In this document: positions 1 through 14,600 of the stretch, piece after piece
Layout: every line of letters starts with the position of its first letter
How positions within the stretch are numbered: position 1 is the stretch's first letter
DNA from: Magallana gigas
Taxonomy: Eukaryota
Direction: 5' to 3'
Length of the DNA stretch: 64,000 bases
Assembly: GCF_963853765.1 (NCBI RefSeq)
Contig: NC_088859.1
Span: 30,008,001-30,072,000 of the forward strand
Position numbers and translations under genes: made by a program
Notes under the pieces: generated by a model
The model's input: the letters and a program-made list of their open reading frames with translations, nothing else
Databases searched by the model: none
Told to the model about the DNA's origin: nothing

Positions 1-3000
1 GGCCGTCTCCAACACCAGAATGGTGGCCACCCAGACCCGGCTCATCATCGAGGGGCTGGTCCAGGCCGGGGGGAGGCTCGCTGACATCCACCTCATAGGT
101 CACAGCCTGGGGGCCCACACCGCGGGATCCACGGGCAGACAAGTGGGCGGCAAAATTGGACGAATCACGGGTAAGGTGATGACAAGCCAAAACACTAAAA
201 ATCCCTAGGAATCCTTCGTGCCCAAATAATCGTGTAGTTTGCAAAAGTTGGTTTCAAAACTTAATTAACTCCCCTATATTTTATTCTATAAACAGATAAT
301 GTGGTCTGATCTGGTTTTTGGTTCACCTGAGCTGAAAGCTCAAGTAAGCTTTTCTCATCACTTTCTGTCCGGCGTCCGTCTGTCTGTAAACTTTTTACAA
401 TTTCGACTTCCTCTCAAGAACCACTGGACCATTTTCAACCAAACTCTGCCCTCTTTAAAGAGAAGTTAATTAGAATTATTGAAAATGTGTTGGTAGTTGT
501 CGAAAACCTTCTTCTCAATAACCATCTGACAAGAGAAGCTGAATCTTGTGTGGAAACATCCCCAAGTATGGTAGACTGCAACAAGGGGTCCCGTCTTTTC
601 ATAGAAATATATAGGGTAAATCTTTAAAAAGTTTCTTCTCAAAACCCATATTAGACAGGGAAAACTGAAACTTGTGAGGAAGCATCCTTAGAAAGTTGAG
701 ATTCAAATTTGTTAAAATCATGATCCCCAGGGGTAGGATGGGGCCACGATGAGGGGTCGGATTTTTGCAGAGGAATATATAGAGTATATCTTTAAAAATA
801 TTCCTCTTAGAAACCAATCAGGAAGGCTGAACTTGTATGGAAGCATCCTCAGATAGTATAGATTGTAATTTGTTTCAGATCATGATCCCTGGGGACAGGG
901 TGGGGCCCCAATTGGGGGCGAATTTTTGCATAGGAATATATAGAATAAAATCTTTAAAATTCTTCTACTAAAAACCATTTCCTTAGAAAAGCTGTAACTT
1001 TAGTAAAAGCAACCATAGATAGTGTAGATTCAAATAAGTCAAAATCCTCAGAAGTAGGGCGGGGCCCAATTTCGGGGTCCAATTTCACAAAGGAAAACAT
1101 TTTAAATTGATAAAAAAAACTTAAGTACCAGTCCATATTAAATTCAGACAAATGGTGATACATGTAGGTTCTCAGATTATGATGATATTTCACATACTGG
1201 TTTTTTATGGTCCAAATATAGTGTATGTAAAATAAAAATTAAATTCATGAAACGTTGCTATGGAAATCAGTTAAAGATAGTTCCCTTAGCAACGGAGCTG
1301 AATTTGCTCTATGGTTTTGGTATACTATCACCATTTCAGATGTTAAAATTTAATCTTTAAGAATCAATCTGATTAAACAAAATCTGATATCTTAAAGACA
1401 TTATATTATATACTATAATCATCACCAAAATAGATTAAATAGATAAAGGAATTTATTTCTACCGATCCTCAAAAGATAGGTCATTTTCAAATTTTGCTGA
1501 ATCAGCGTTTTAAGCAGTTTTTAGTCAATTTTAATTGAGTAAAGCAAAAAAAGTCAGATAAATATGCATGGTAAGTATATTCAAAATGAATAAATAGGAG
1601 ATGAAATAATTATATCTACTTTTATTTCCGTGGGCTCTTTCTTTAATATGCCCGTTGCTAGGCAACAAAAAATGGTTGTTTTTATACTGAAAATACAAAC
1701 AAATCCCTTTAAGAACACACATTTTAGAAGTTTTACTGCATAAATCAGATAAATGTTATGAAAAGATTTTTTTTCCACCAATTATAATATTTGTAGGAAA
1801 CAAGGTTGTGTTGTGTCCTTGACCCAAGGTCATGTGGACAAGTTCAAGGTCACTTAAATAAAAAGTGTCTGATCCATATATTTCTTTTGGAGTAACATGA
1901 TGATTAGGAATTTCTATATCACACAAAAACTGTTGATGGCCCGAGGTGTGACAAGACCTTGACTCAAGGTCATTTAGATAAGTTCAAGGTCACTTGAAGA
2001 AAAAGTGCATTATTTGTGTCCAGTGAATAGAAACTGGGGGAGTTTTCACTTCATACAATTTGTCAAAGATTGCAAAAGATCTGAATGTGTGTCATCATCT
2101 TGACCCAGGGTCATTTAGGCAAGTTCAATGTCATTTGTTTTAAACTATGCATAATATTTTCTTTGGGAAATGTATCAATACTATGTCACAATACCTCTAA
2201 TATCATGATATAATAGAATTGCGAAAATGTGAATTTTGCTAAATTGCCCTTTTTTCATTTTCTTTAACTACCAGTGGTTTGTCAGACCATTTACTGTCTG
2301 TTTTTTGACATTTTAACAATTTGTTTAACTTAGCACACCTGAATAGACCAATAGGTAATTGATATGCAGGTGATGGTAAGAATGTGATATCTGTTCAATA
2401 CCTTACATTTGGGCGCTTTCAATCATGAGCCAAATATTAAAATTTTGAACACATCGATCACTAAATCATGCAGAGCAATTGTCTTACAAGATTTTCAGTT
2501 CATTTTTATATATTTCTTGAAATAATTTGCAATTAAGGAGAAAAACTTATCTAATCCATTAGGCACAGTATTTTTTTTTAATAACCTATGTACATTTTTT
2601 GTTTGACATGAATTTAATTATATTATTATACCTGTGATTGAGCTATTTAATCCTATTAAAGAAAATATGAAAAACAAATTAAATTGAGCTTCCACATTTA
2701 ATTGTTCTTCTGGAGAATTTCAGCAAGTAGGAACTATGAGGATGATATTCATATGAAAATACATGGGGTTCAATATATCAGCATGGTTTTTGGTCAAAGT
2801 ATCAATTATGTATTAATTTTACATGTAAATTGTATTTAAATTACTACCCAGTGGTGTATTGGTCAACCGATACAATCATTATCAGACAATAATTTTACTT
2901 ATTATCGTACATAATATCTGAAGAGACTGTTCATGTAGATTATTCGTTAAAAATGGAGTCTTGCTCACCCCTCATCCCATTACACACAATCTTGTACATC

Positions 3001-4656
3001 AATTCAATTGAAATGATACCATGTTATCATAAAACAAGAATGAATTAACAGGGCTGGATGGTTGAGGTCATTGTAAGATAGTATTCACTGGTATTCTTAA
3101 AGGGCAGAGCTCTTTATAAAGATATTTAAAAAATACTGACGTTCACCAGCTGAAATTTAATGATTTTCTTTAGCTTAGCACGTCATATCTAAAAATTAAA
3201 GGTTACTAAGAGCTGATGAGTAATGTGTTAACCACCCAGCTTTCTTTTAAAATCTACAGATATTGTCACAATAAAAACACTTTGCATAAGTTATATACAT
3301 CTATGTATCAAACAATTTCAGTCCTTGTCACAAAATGAGTAATGTTTCTATCTCAGTCAATTATGTCATTCCTACTGAAATTCTGCAGCTGTTTCGGCCT
3401 TAGCAATGTTCAAAAGAACTGCATCCAAATCATCATCACTGATATCTGTGGAGGACGTTTTTTTCAATGCAGAAAGTCTTGAAAAAAAAGATGAGATTTG
3501 ACCAACAGCCAAATATTGGTTTGCACTGAATCTTTTTTCTCCATTTTCATTTTTAGCAACTCTCATGTTTTTAGCGACAACTGATGGATGTACCTTTGCT
3601 CCACTACTCTCTCCTTGCAAGAATATATCACTAAGATATGATTTCAAGTCATCTGAGAATCTAGCACTTTTTCTCTCTTTTTTCAAAGCCCAACCCATAT
3701 CAGACTGCACACACACTTGCTCAGTGACCCCTTCTCCGGTTTTAGAATATTTCAGAGTATCTTCTGATAGTGTACAACATGCATCCATCCATCTCATTTT
3801 TATATCATCATAAGATGACCTTGCTTGGAGCTGGTAAGTGTGATTGCCGATTAAGCAATGGTTTTGCATCTCACTGTATCTTGTGAAGATCTGGGTACAT
3901 CCTGCTTCAGGACAATTAAAAGCATGATCATCTGAAGAATCAACAACATCATTGCTCTCTTTGGGGTTTTGAATGTGCCCAACTGATCCAGATTTCAAAA
4001 CAAAATCAGATATAATTTCTAATTCTGCCAGGTCCTATAATTAAAACATGCAGTGGTTAGTCATGTATTTGAAAGATTTCCTTAATGTTTGAATTGCATT
4101 AATTAAAACTGTAAGAGTAGTTGAACTGGTTTGACTTCTAAAGCTTGATGTCATTATAAACATTTCAGTGTACTGTAATAAACAATCTGTGTGCTTAGTG
4201 CTGCACATACATTGTTACACTTACATTGTTTTCATGTTCAATAGGCAACTGCTTGCCTGTGCCAATATTGAAGGCCCTCCAAGTTGTTAGATGCTTTGGT
4301 TCAAACTTGACATTTGAAATCCTGGTTATGCCCTTTATTGGGCACTTAGCTGTAGAAGGAGGAAATCCCTGGAGCTTAACATGTGCTGCTTGACATCCAG
4401 TTGTTCCTTCATACAGGTCTATGGCAGACTTCATGTTGGCTGCTGTAAGGATGTTATATCCTGATGCGACAACTTTGCTAAACTTCCCTCTCATGTGGGC
4501 TATTTTAGCATCACAGTAGGACTTCCCACTTTGGGCCTCACTGTAATCGTAGCGGTCTATGAACACTCCTGAAATGAATTATATATATAAATATATATAG
4601 TATTCATGGTAAAGAAAGTAAACTTTTGACTGCATGATGCCTTGCTTCAATAAAGG

Positions 4657-4719
<63 letters not shown>

Positions 4720-7700
4720 GTCTTACTCATAAAATTAATTCATCTACAAAGCATTTACTATACTTAATCCATTTGCTGTGTCAGTTATTAGGTTACAAAT
4801 GCATATATATTTTTAATATATGACTTGGAGGATAAATAAAAATTATTTACCAGTGCGCCTACTAATGCCTGGTATGGCAAGCCATAGATTGCCGCAATGG
4901 TAGCACCCGGCATTATCACTCCGAATAAATGCCCTTGTTGTACTGGGAAGTTGCAGTTTCACATGATGAAGTGTGTCTTCCAAAAGACAGGCAACCGCTA
5001 ACCAGTCTTGACGCACTCCATCCAACATGTGAGCGAATGTTCTATGCTAAAAAACAAAAAAACTTAACATGAGTTTGTAATGCATTAAAAGATTGAGTAG
5101 ACCTAAAATTCTTTATATAACAATGTGTATTTTTATGCTGCATGCATGATTTCATAATGCATCACTACATTGTAAGTCATTTTATATTGATTTGCAAATG
5201 TACAATGTACATGACTTTTATTCAGATTGAACTGATTGTGTGTGCATGCTTATTAACCCATTGGCAAGGCTGCTTGGAAAGTAAAAATACAACTTATTGT
5301 CAAACAATATCATTTAATCCATCAAAAATCATGAGAAATCCTATAGCCATAGAATTACCACATTAAATTGTTCTCACTAATCTCACCTTTAAATTTGAGT
5401 TTTCATCCTTGTAAATGCACACAGACACGTGCCAATTTATGCCCTTCTGGCCATACCAGTCGCTCTGTTTTTCTCTAAATGTAATTGGTAAGAATTTCAT
5501 GGCCCAGTCCATAATAATAAGAATATCACCAGGCTGGAGATCTTGCAGTGTGTGTGTCCTAGCAGTATCCTGATTGATAGTTCTAATTATGTGGCTTTTC
5601 CATTGAAGAATCTTTGTTACCGCTGCATCAATATCCATAAACAATTCTTCTCTGGTGTTGGGGGAAAGATCTGTCAAATTAATCATTATTTTAAAATCAA
5701 ACTCAATCGAACAAAATTCAATATTTTTAGTATACACTCAGTGCCATGTTTCACTTTCAAATCTTATCAAATTGATAAGAATTATTCATTAATAGCAAAT
5801 TACCTGCGAGATTGCTCAGGATTTCCTTCAAATTTAAAACTGCTTTTGGAAGTAATTGGCAGCGGTCGCAACCAACATCATGTTGGTGGTCAGTACATGC
5901 TTGCTGGAAATGAATGTCAAGCGGATCACTTAGAGCATGGTTAATGCAATGATCACTGCAGTGGTCAGTCTGCATAGAAAGAGAAAAAATAATTGATTTA
6001 AATTAAATTACCTCAGTTAAGCAAGTCCATTATGAATAACAAAAATGGATCAAATCTGATATTATAATTTATTTAAAAAAGTCCCATTTAAACTTGCCAC
6101 TTAATTTTACATTGGTAAAGTGTAACAGTCATATTGAATATGACAGCAATAAAACATATTATTTTAATACATTGCAATTATATACCTGTTTCAAATGCAT
6201 TTTAAAATCTGTTTTCATATAAATTCTACTGGATGCCAAGGATTCTTTGCATTCCTTCAGTTCCATTAGCAATAATCCATCTGTTATGTACTTTTCCACA
6301 TCTACAATACAGTACATAATGAAGTCATAATACATGTTGTAATGTAATTATATTACCGATTATCACCGTAAGAGTAGAGGATATGAACGTCTTTACTGTT
6401 TGAAACACGCTTTTGGTTATGAGAATTTGTCAAAGATACATGTGCATTTAGCATTCCCTTGATTGGTGACATTTCCATCACATACCGTAAGTGTAAAAAG
6501 TCAATATCAAAGAACTATGGTATAAATTCTACAGGAAGCTGAGGAGAATTTAGCAATTTAATCTATATACACGTATTGTCTTTCATGAAAAATAAACTTT
6601 ACAAACCTGCAACTACTGATAGAAGCACATCATATGAGCTCTCTCCATCTGCTGTTATATTGTCCAGACCCTTCAGATTTGTGCGCCTTGAAGCGGGACA
6701 AACTCGAAGAATATGGAACAATGTAGACCTAGACAGAGGAATAAACTCTGTCTCTTCACAATATGCCAGATAGAGTTTGATCAGAGTTGAGTGCCAGACT
6801 GTTCTGACCACCTCTGGAATGGACACAATGCTGCCATCCTCTAGTCTCATCTCTTTAGTACCAACAGAGGAAACCTGTTTAATATAAGTTATATATACTA
6901 GTTAGGTCTTGCACTTTTTTGCTCTGCTACACATGTAATATCAATATTTAATTACACAATTTAAAGTATTATGAGTTCATGCATAAATGAAATTGCAAAA
7001 ATTACAATTGCACATGTTTGATTGTTTAATTACTGTAAACCAATTACTACCCCCATAATTTTTTTCTGGGGGGGGGGGGGGGAATGACCTCTTTAATCCC
7101 TGCAAACAAGTAGTCACATTTTTTTCACAGGCATGTTTGGCCGGTAACTGTATTCTAATAAGTATATATTAATAAAAGTTTAAACTTGTTTAAATGGTAC
7201 CATATCACTTTATGCAATCATTGGAACTCAGGAATATTTATCACACAAGGATAATACTTGGTTTATAGTACATTTATTTGATCATCATTCATGATCTGAA
7301 TTATTATAATTGAAATACATGAAATACATGTTATAATTATATTTTCATATTTTATTGAATAGCACTTAAGGAGTTCAATTGAAATGAATATATTAATTAA
7401 TCATTTTGCCAATGGTTTTGGTTAGAGAGAATCATGATTATTTTTGCAGACACAGAGAGCTGCCATACACAAAGTGAAATCATGAGTGAAACCTTAATTT
7501 GCATGACCTGATACAGATTTATCATTACATTGAGGTACATAATTGCAAAGAACTGCATGATACATACAAAACAATTAATAGATACCTGATGAAATGCTGG
7601 ATTGAAGATAAAATCCAGTGCATGGTCCAATTTCATGAGATCAATTTTCTTATGAAATACTGGTTTCTGTTTAGGAACCTCAGCACCTGTAATAAATGGA

Positions 7701-8406
7701 TTAAATGTAATTAACAAAGCTAATTCTCAACATGTTTTTACTCACAAGTTATTTGGGCACAAAATGAAGCAATCAAATTAAGGAATTAAAAAACCTAGAA
7801 ATATATATCAGTTTTCTAGCTAATAATGAATTACACTTATAATGTTCTTAAAGCACACATTGGCATGAATATAACACACACATTCAATACATGTGCAAGT
7901 CATAAAGTGATGAAAGTGAATTACTATACCTTCAGAATGTTCAACAGCATGTTTCCTTGCCTCATTTATAGCATGCATGGTGACTGAGGGAATGATCTGC
8001 TGAAGCTGTTTTTTTGTATGAGAGCAAGCAATCATGGACAACAGTCGTTTCTTAACAGCCTTGTCTGTGCTTTCACAGTACAGTTTAACAACAAGTTGAT
8101 CAAGTTTGCTAGAGCTTGTTTCTTGCTGCTGCTCTGGCTCGTGAATGAGCTTTAACAATTCATTTCCCTGTCCTGGAGCTATACCTAAAATAAATAAAAA
8201 ACTGTGAATATGGAGCACAAATATAATATATGAGAGACAAAGAGAAACAGAGAGACAAATATCAAGTCATTGTAAGATAGAGATATACATTTACTACTGC
8301 TAGTATGGATTTTATATATAAATGAATAAAATTTTTGAGAGAGAGAAAAAGAGACAAAGAAAGACAGATCTAAAGTCACCATAAGATAGAGAGATACTAC
8401 TACTAT

Positions 8407-8457
<51 letters not shown>

Positions 8458-8569
8458 TCTTGATTCACAGAGCGATAGGATATTATATGAATCAGTTAAA
8501 ATAAATATGAGAAAGAGAATCTTGATTCACAGAGAGATAGGATATTATATAAATCAGTTCAAAGTTAAA

Positions 8570-8628
<59 letters not shown>

Positions 8629-11600
8629 TGAGCCAATAAGAGAAANNNNNNNNNNNNNNNNNNNNNNNNNNNNNNNNNNNNNNNNNNNNNNNNNNNNNNN
8701 NNNNNNNNNNNNNNNNNNNNNNNNNNNNNNNNNNNNNNNNNNNNNNNNNNNNNNNNNNNNNNNNNNNNNNNNNNNNNNNNNNNNNNNNNNNNNNNNNTAT
8801 AATTAACTGTGTTACAAAAAAGAAATAAAACATACTCTCAAGAACTAAATTGACTGCTTCTGTGGCTTTTCTCTTAAGCAATCTTGTAGTGGAGGGCTTA
8901 AGGCTGTCCAGCCTCTGATGTACTTTGAATTTAAGTGGGCTCATCTTCCCATGTCCAAGCAAAGTTACAGCCTTATTGAAAATATCTAGAGTGTTGTTAT
9001 TTTCTTCACTCCAAGATGAGGATTGTGATGATGGTTGAGAACCAAGAAGCTGTCAAAATTAAGAAAATCAGTTTTACAACCAAAAATCTATAACGAGAGC
9101 TATATTTTTACTACAACTACTGAATAAGTGTAATTTAGTCAACATTGTTAACAAATTTTAAACAGTTGCATACATATATATTAACTTGATTTAAACTAAC
9201 ATCCATTTACCTGGTAGGTTTTATCATAAATATGTTGTTAGTACATGTCAAGTGAATATTGCCCAATAAAAATTAAACAAGTAATTTATGTCGTACATTT
9301 TATTCATATAATAAATTATCAGTGTTTTGATAGTAAAAGTTAATTAAATGATGAGTTGATTTTGCAATGCTTTATAAGTACACCACGACCAAAGTTGTAA
9401 TCAGTTCAAGTATAGTCATCACAGATACTTACACCCACTGAATCTTCATCAGAAAATATCTCCAGGTGATCATCAGTTTTCCAAATTTCATTGTTTTCTT
9501 CCTGTATAAAAATAAAACTTTCAATTAAAATGCACCATTATTTTATCAATCAGGTTCTAATTAAAATCATGAAATACATAATCAAAAAATAAGGAAAGCT
9601 GATTATCTTTACATGCATATTATTGATTGTCAGCGATTTAACCAAATTACACATACAGTGATATAGGATAAAATAAATCATCATTGATGATTTTAAAATA
9701 AAAATATCCATGTGTACCATATCTACATTAACTTCCTTAGTGTCCTCAATCTTTATTGGTGTCAATACATCTGGATGTGTACACTTTGGTGGTAACTGTA
9801 AAATATAATAATTAACAACTACATGTAAAACTTAATGTATCCAAAGCAATTTAATCTAATTTAACCACATTCAAACTATAAATGAAATAATTGCATATAT
9901 ATATATATATATCCATTCCTCTTATATTACTGTGTCAACTTTTCATATCTTACTTCATTCTCAATCTTGTTCGAATTTTCCATCTCCTTGTACAATTCAA
10001 ATCTACATCTCCGACAAATGCCTGGACAGTAAAAGAAGACTTTGAAGTTAATTTAATGGCAAGATTTGCTTATTAAATTAAAGGTTAAAAAAAAATTTAA
10101 AAAGATATAAGTAAATGTAAATATATTGAGAGCATATTACAGCATTTTCTGAAATAACAACAATATTTACATAACACTATACATCTATAATCAATCTTAA
10201 CACAATCTGCACAAATTAATCTTGAAAGCCCTTTATTTAATTTAGGGAAAACAATTTTTAAAATTAATATTTTATCTTGAACAGTGTTGAGAGTTTAAAA
10301 AAATAGACCCCCTGGGGGATTTGATCCTGGTAATATTAAAAGAACATCACTTTTTTTTTTAAATTGAGAGTGAATTATCCTGAAACTAACCTGATCCAAC
10401 AGGCACTAACTCTCCTTTGTGCTCAAGGATGAATCCAGACATTTGTGGTGTCACTGGCCGTTCCATCTTTCCATTGTGAGAATGGTCTGGATATGAACAC
10501 TTCACACTGTGTCTTTTCCATTTTACACCGAGTTTTGCACGATGATTAGGGCATATATTAAAATTATTCAGAACAGGTGAAAATAATCCAATTCTGAGCA
10601 GAAGTAAATGTCCCTCAGATGGAATGCTGTCCTGTCCAAGTTTTAAAGACCTAAGATGCCCACTCATTGGCGGATCCAGAGGGGGGGTTCCGGGGGTCGG
10701 AACCCCCCCTTTCTCTGGGACATATGAATTTTTTTGAAAGCGTTTAATGCCTATTTAAAGACAATTTTTCCCATTTATAATAGAAATACTGTAATTATCT
10801 CAAATAAATGCTTTTAAAATTGCTTATTTAAATAATTTCGTACTACGTCCCATAATTTTGTTCTTATATTAAAAAAAACCCTATCGATTTTTTATCGAAA
10901 TAAAGTACATTGTACTCCCCTTTAGCATCCGGTGTTTACTACACTGAGTAAACATGTGGAAAATTAAAGAAAAAATACATAAAACTAAGCAGTATTATAG
11001 ATTTATAATAACATTTACAATGTATTTTCTACTCTATTTCTTTTTTTTTTAAAATCGAATAATATATAGTTCGTACAGTTTTGAACTGACATTAGTCATC
11101 GAGTAAAACGACTTAACGGTTCAAATACAAGTACACGCATTCGTTTTACTTTAAAATGCCGCTTTCAAATGTATTGTTTAGTTAATTAACCTAAATAATT
11201 ATAATAGATGAGTTTTACTTCGTTTCATACGAAAAATACAAAGAAAACTACATGACCCGCTTATGCGGGTTATGCTATTTTTCTGGAATGCTAGCTACCT
11301 TCATACCCACTTTTAAACACAAAAGAAAGCCTTTTTTGTTTTGTTTCCAAGAATCGGAAATTCTGTTACAAACATACCTTGTAAATGGTTTATATGTAAA
11401 CCATTATGAAAATGCACAACTTTTCAATTTTTTTAAAAAAATGCTCGCGTCTGTACCAGTCCGGATGATGTAGCGCACCCATTACAGAGGTCACATCAAG
11501 TTCCCTGGGACGACAATTGCTTTTACCATTGTATTACACACGTACCATCTTTTCAGCAGATAAATTATCCCCATTCTTTTGTCATATCATGTCATTTAGA

Positions 11601-14600
11601 CCTTTATTTAAGAAGGCAATCAATAGAAATCAAAATCGATAAATAGTTCAGAATTTAAAAACATCAAAGACATAAAAAAATTTACCAAAATATCCATTTA
11701 TTAATAGTTTGTTATAATTAGTCTGAGTTGTGTTTTGTTTCTTAGTGTTTCTTTTCTATCAAGCATAGACGCACTGAATTTATCATTGCTGGAAAGTTAG
11801 GTTTCTTAAGGCTACCCTTAGCAAAAACAAATGCTATATTTGCATTGAAATTTGATTTTATTTGTCTTGAAAATGCATTTAACATTGAAAGAGCATTTAT
11901 TTTTGATTGAAAACATTTCAACAGGCTAAAAACCATTTATTTAGAAGCGATTGAATTAGTATTGTTTTGAGAAATACAGATTCAATGCATTTATTTTGCA
12001 TTTATTCTGGATTGATATGATGTCATACAAATAAAATTCCAAACATCAAGTGCTCCCTTTGAGAAATTGTTGATTGAAATTGTAGTTCTTTTCTGGAGCA
12101 TTTATTTGAAAATAAATGGTAATTAAGATTGCTGCATGTAGAAATGTTAGCATTATTTATCATTGACCATTCGTGTAACTGGTCATTAGTGTTGGCTGTT
12201 CTCAGCAGGAGTTATGATGCTGATAAAAACCACGTGGTTACTTCTACGTCACATTCTCATCAAATTCAAACTTACAGGCTTTAGAGTAGCCATCTTTGAT
12301 AAAAGTGATTTGCAATTTGTCATCCTTTCCTATGGACAAAACAGTACAATCATGCCATGGCAAAAAGTACTGTTGAGTTTTAAAATGATGGAGACAGGAG
12401 TGTTGTATAGTAATGTGGTAGACAAGTGATATTGGAGATTGCATGATGGCAGAATGATTCTGAAGAAGATGCCATAAGATGGATCTATTGTTTTCTCTGG
12501 AAGTAAGTTTTTATTATGTTTGTCAATTCATTCTTTGTAATTTTGTATATTCTATAATGTTTAACTGATATATCATACAATATTAAAAATACCCTTTAAT
12601 AATTAAAAAAAACCCCAACTTGTATATGTAAAAAGATGCAAAGATAAATCAAAAAGTCAAAATCAGCACACATATATATAAGCACAGTAAATTATTTTGT
12701 GCACGTGAGTCTGTTTATAGAAGATATTATTGATGGGGTAAACATATAGAATATGACATCGGACAGTTTTTTCTTAGTCAACATAATATAGGTCAACAAG
12801 CAAGTCAATGTATGATGGACTCAGCTGCTATCTATCTTCTCAAGTTTCACCTGGAAATTAGGGGGGGGGGGGTTATCTGCTGCTTAATCTGCTCAAGTGG
12901 GTGTTTATCATATATGCAATCTGCAAGTGCCTAGTTATAAACAAATAATACTAATCAAGATTATTTGAATTTAAAACAATCAGTGTTCTGTCATTGAACA
13001 TTTGAATGAATGATTTTATTTTCAAAATCATTTACACACAAAACTTAATTCTTTTAAAATGTTTTAATATCTTTCAGAGTACATGAACACTAAATATGAA
13101 AAAATGCCGTTAGATCCAATTCCGCTGAAGACCTTCAACAAGGAAATACAAAGCAAAATCGGAAACCTGAGACATGAGACGAAAGGAAAAGCAACACTTG
13201 TTTAATGAAGTGCCTTAATTTGTGGATAAATGTGATAGATCTAATGTGGGACAAAATTTGGAGTCAAGTTTATACATGCATATAGTTTGTTTTAATATTC
13301 ACTGGATTTAAATTTAACGCTGGATTAAACAGAAAACTCTACAAAAGACATTCCAGATAAGTATATCTGTACAAAAGAATAAAGATAGATTTGATTATTT
13401 CACTATTTGCCAATTTGGGGCATGTACATTATGCAGTGAGACATGTTACTGATAAATATATATACACATGTATTAAATACTGTGGAAACCAAATGTATTC
13501 TCATATGTCAAGAAAAGGGTATTCTTTCTTTTTTAATGATTATATAATATTTGTAGGGCCAAGTTTGATTTTTGTTAGAAGAATTTTTATAAATTTTTTG
13601 GTCACTAGATTTTTTTTATCTACTATTCATTATATTTTGTAGCCTCTTTAATGATTAGAGATTTGGAGTAAATATGCATTTAGTTTCTCTTATTTTGTGA
13701 GTTTTATTGCATCACATCAATGTTTTCATTTGTATTACTTTTTAATTTTTTTGTGATGTCAAATCAATCTTTTAATGACATCATATAAATGCTTTCTTTT
13801 ATAACATATGTATTGATTGATTTTGCATTTTTCTGTGATGTCATAAAAATCCTTTATCTCATTTGCATTTTCCGGCCAAATCCAGCCACGTTCAATCAAA
13901 AATAAATGCAAAATAAATCTAAAACCAATGTTAAATGCTTTTTCAATGGTTTTTTTCTCATGCACCTCAGTTAAGAGTTAAGTAGATTCCTCTACTAATC
14001 AAAATCCAATGGAAATTCAATGCTCAGAAAATAACTCAAAAATAAATGAAGATTCAATGGATTTGTTTTTGCTAAGGGTAGGTATAATGCAAATCTTCCT
14101 TACCTAAACCAAAAAGGCAAAACACTCAATAATGCAATGCACTCTAATGTTGATATAGATGTGAAATAGATAGTGATGAGATAAATGTTTATTAAATACA
14201 GTTGTATACGCACGGAAAACGTTCAAAAAGTCCTTGTTTATAGACAAATGATGAATTTTGCACCTATTGATTTTCATCAAATGGAACCCCCCCTTTTCCA
14301 AATTGCTGGATCCGCCTCTGCCACTTACATCTTTTGAACAGTCAGAAATTTGAACAAATTCTCTTTCAGATGGGAAAAACGCTGATAATCCGCATGTGAT
14401 GTTCGAAAATGCAGAAAAACTGCATTTGTTTTTAAATGCATAATTTGGATGACAGTCGTCTGCCATTTTTAATGGACGGAATCTTGTTTCTAATTCAGAA
14501 GAGTGTCACAAAGGGAGATAATCTTAAGGATTAAACTCCTATTGTTTAGACAGTTGTAAAAATCTTTTAGTAATAGAGCCCACGGAATTTTAATATGAAA

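Noticed and set aside
3565-5944. Plus-strand ORFs overlapping the transposase (82, 74 and 133 aa)
   Set aside because: They are antisense shadows of transposase exons.
8453-8962. ORFs running through N gaps (also 47981-48367)
   Set aside because: Artefacts of translating Ns and microsatellites; only 9049-8836 is a real exon.
11251-11295. Hairpin CATGACCCGC-TTAT-GCGGGTTATG followed by CTAG as a Helitron 3' end
   Set aside because: The spacing to CTAG is long and no matching 5' end was found; too weak to call.
10713-14327. Splicing-out of the insertion using the GTAAGT donor at the TSD and an acceptor near the element end
   Set aside because: The preferred CAG acceptor (10715) is out of frame. 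The in-frame alternative is a rare GAG with no pyrimidine tract.
14104-14466. 120-aa ORF as an independent gene
   Set aside because: The first 49 codons are transposase exon 1; the rest is read-through into the inserted element.
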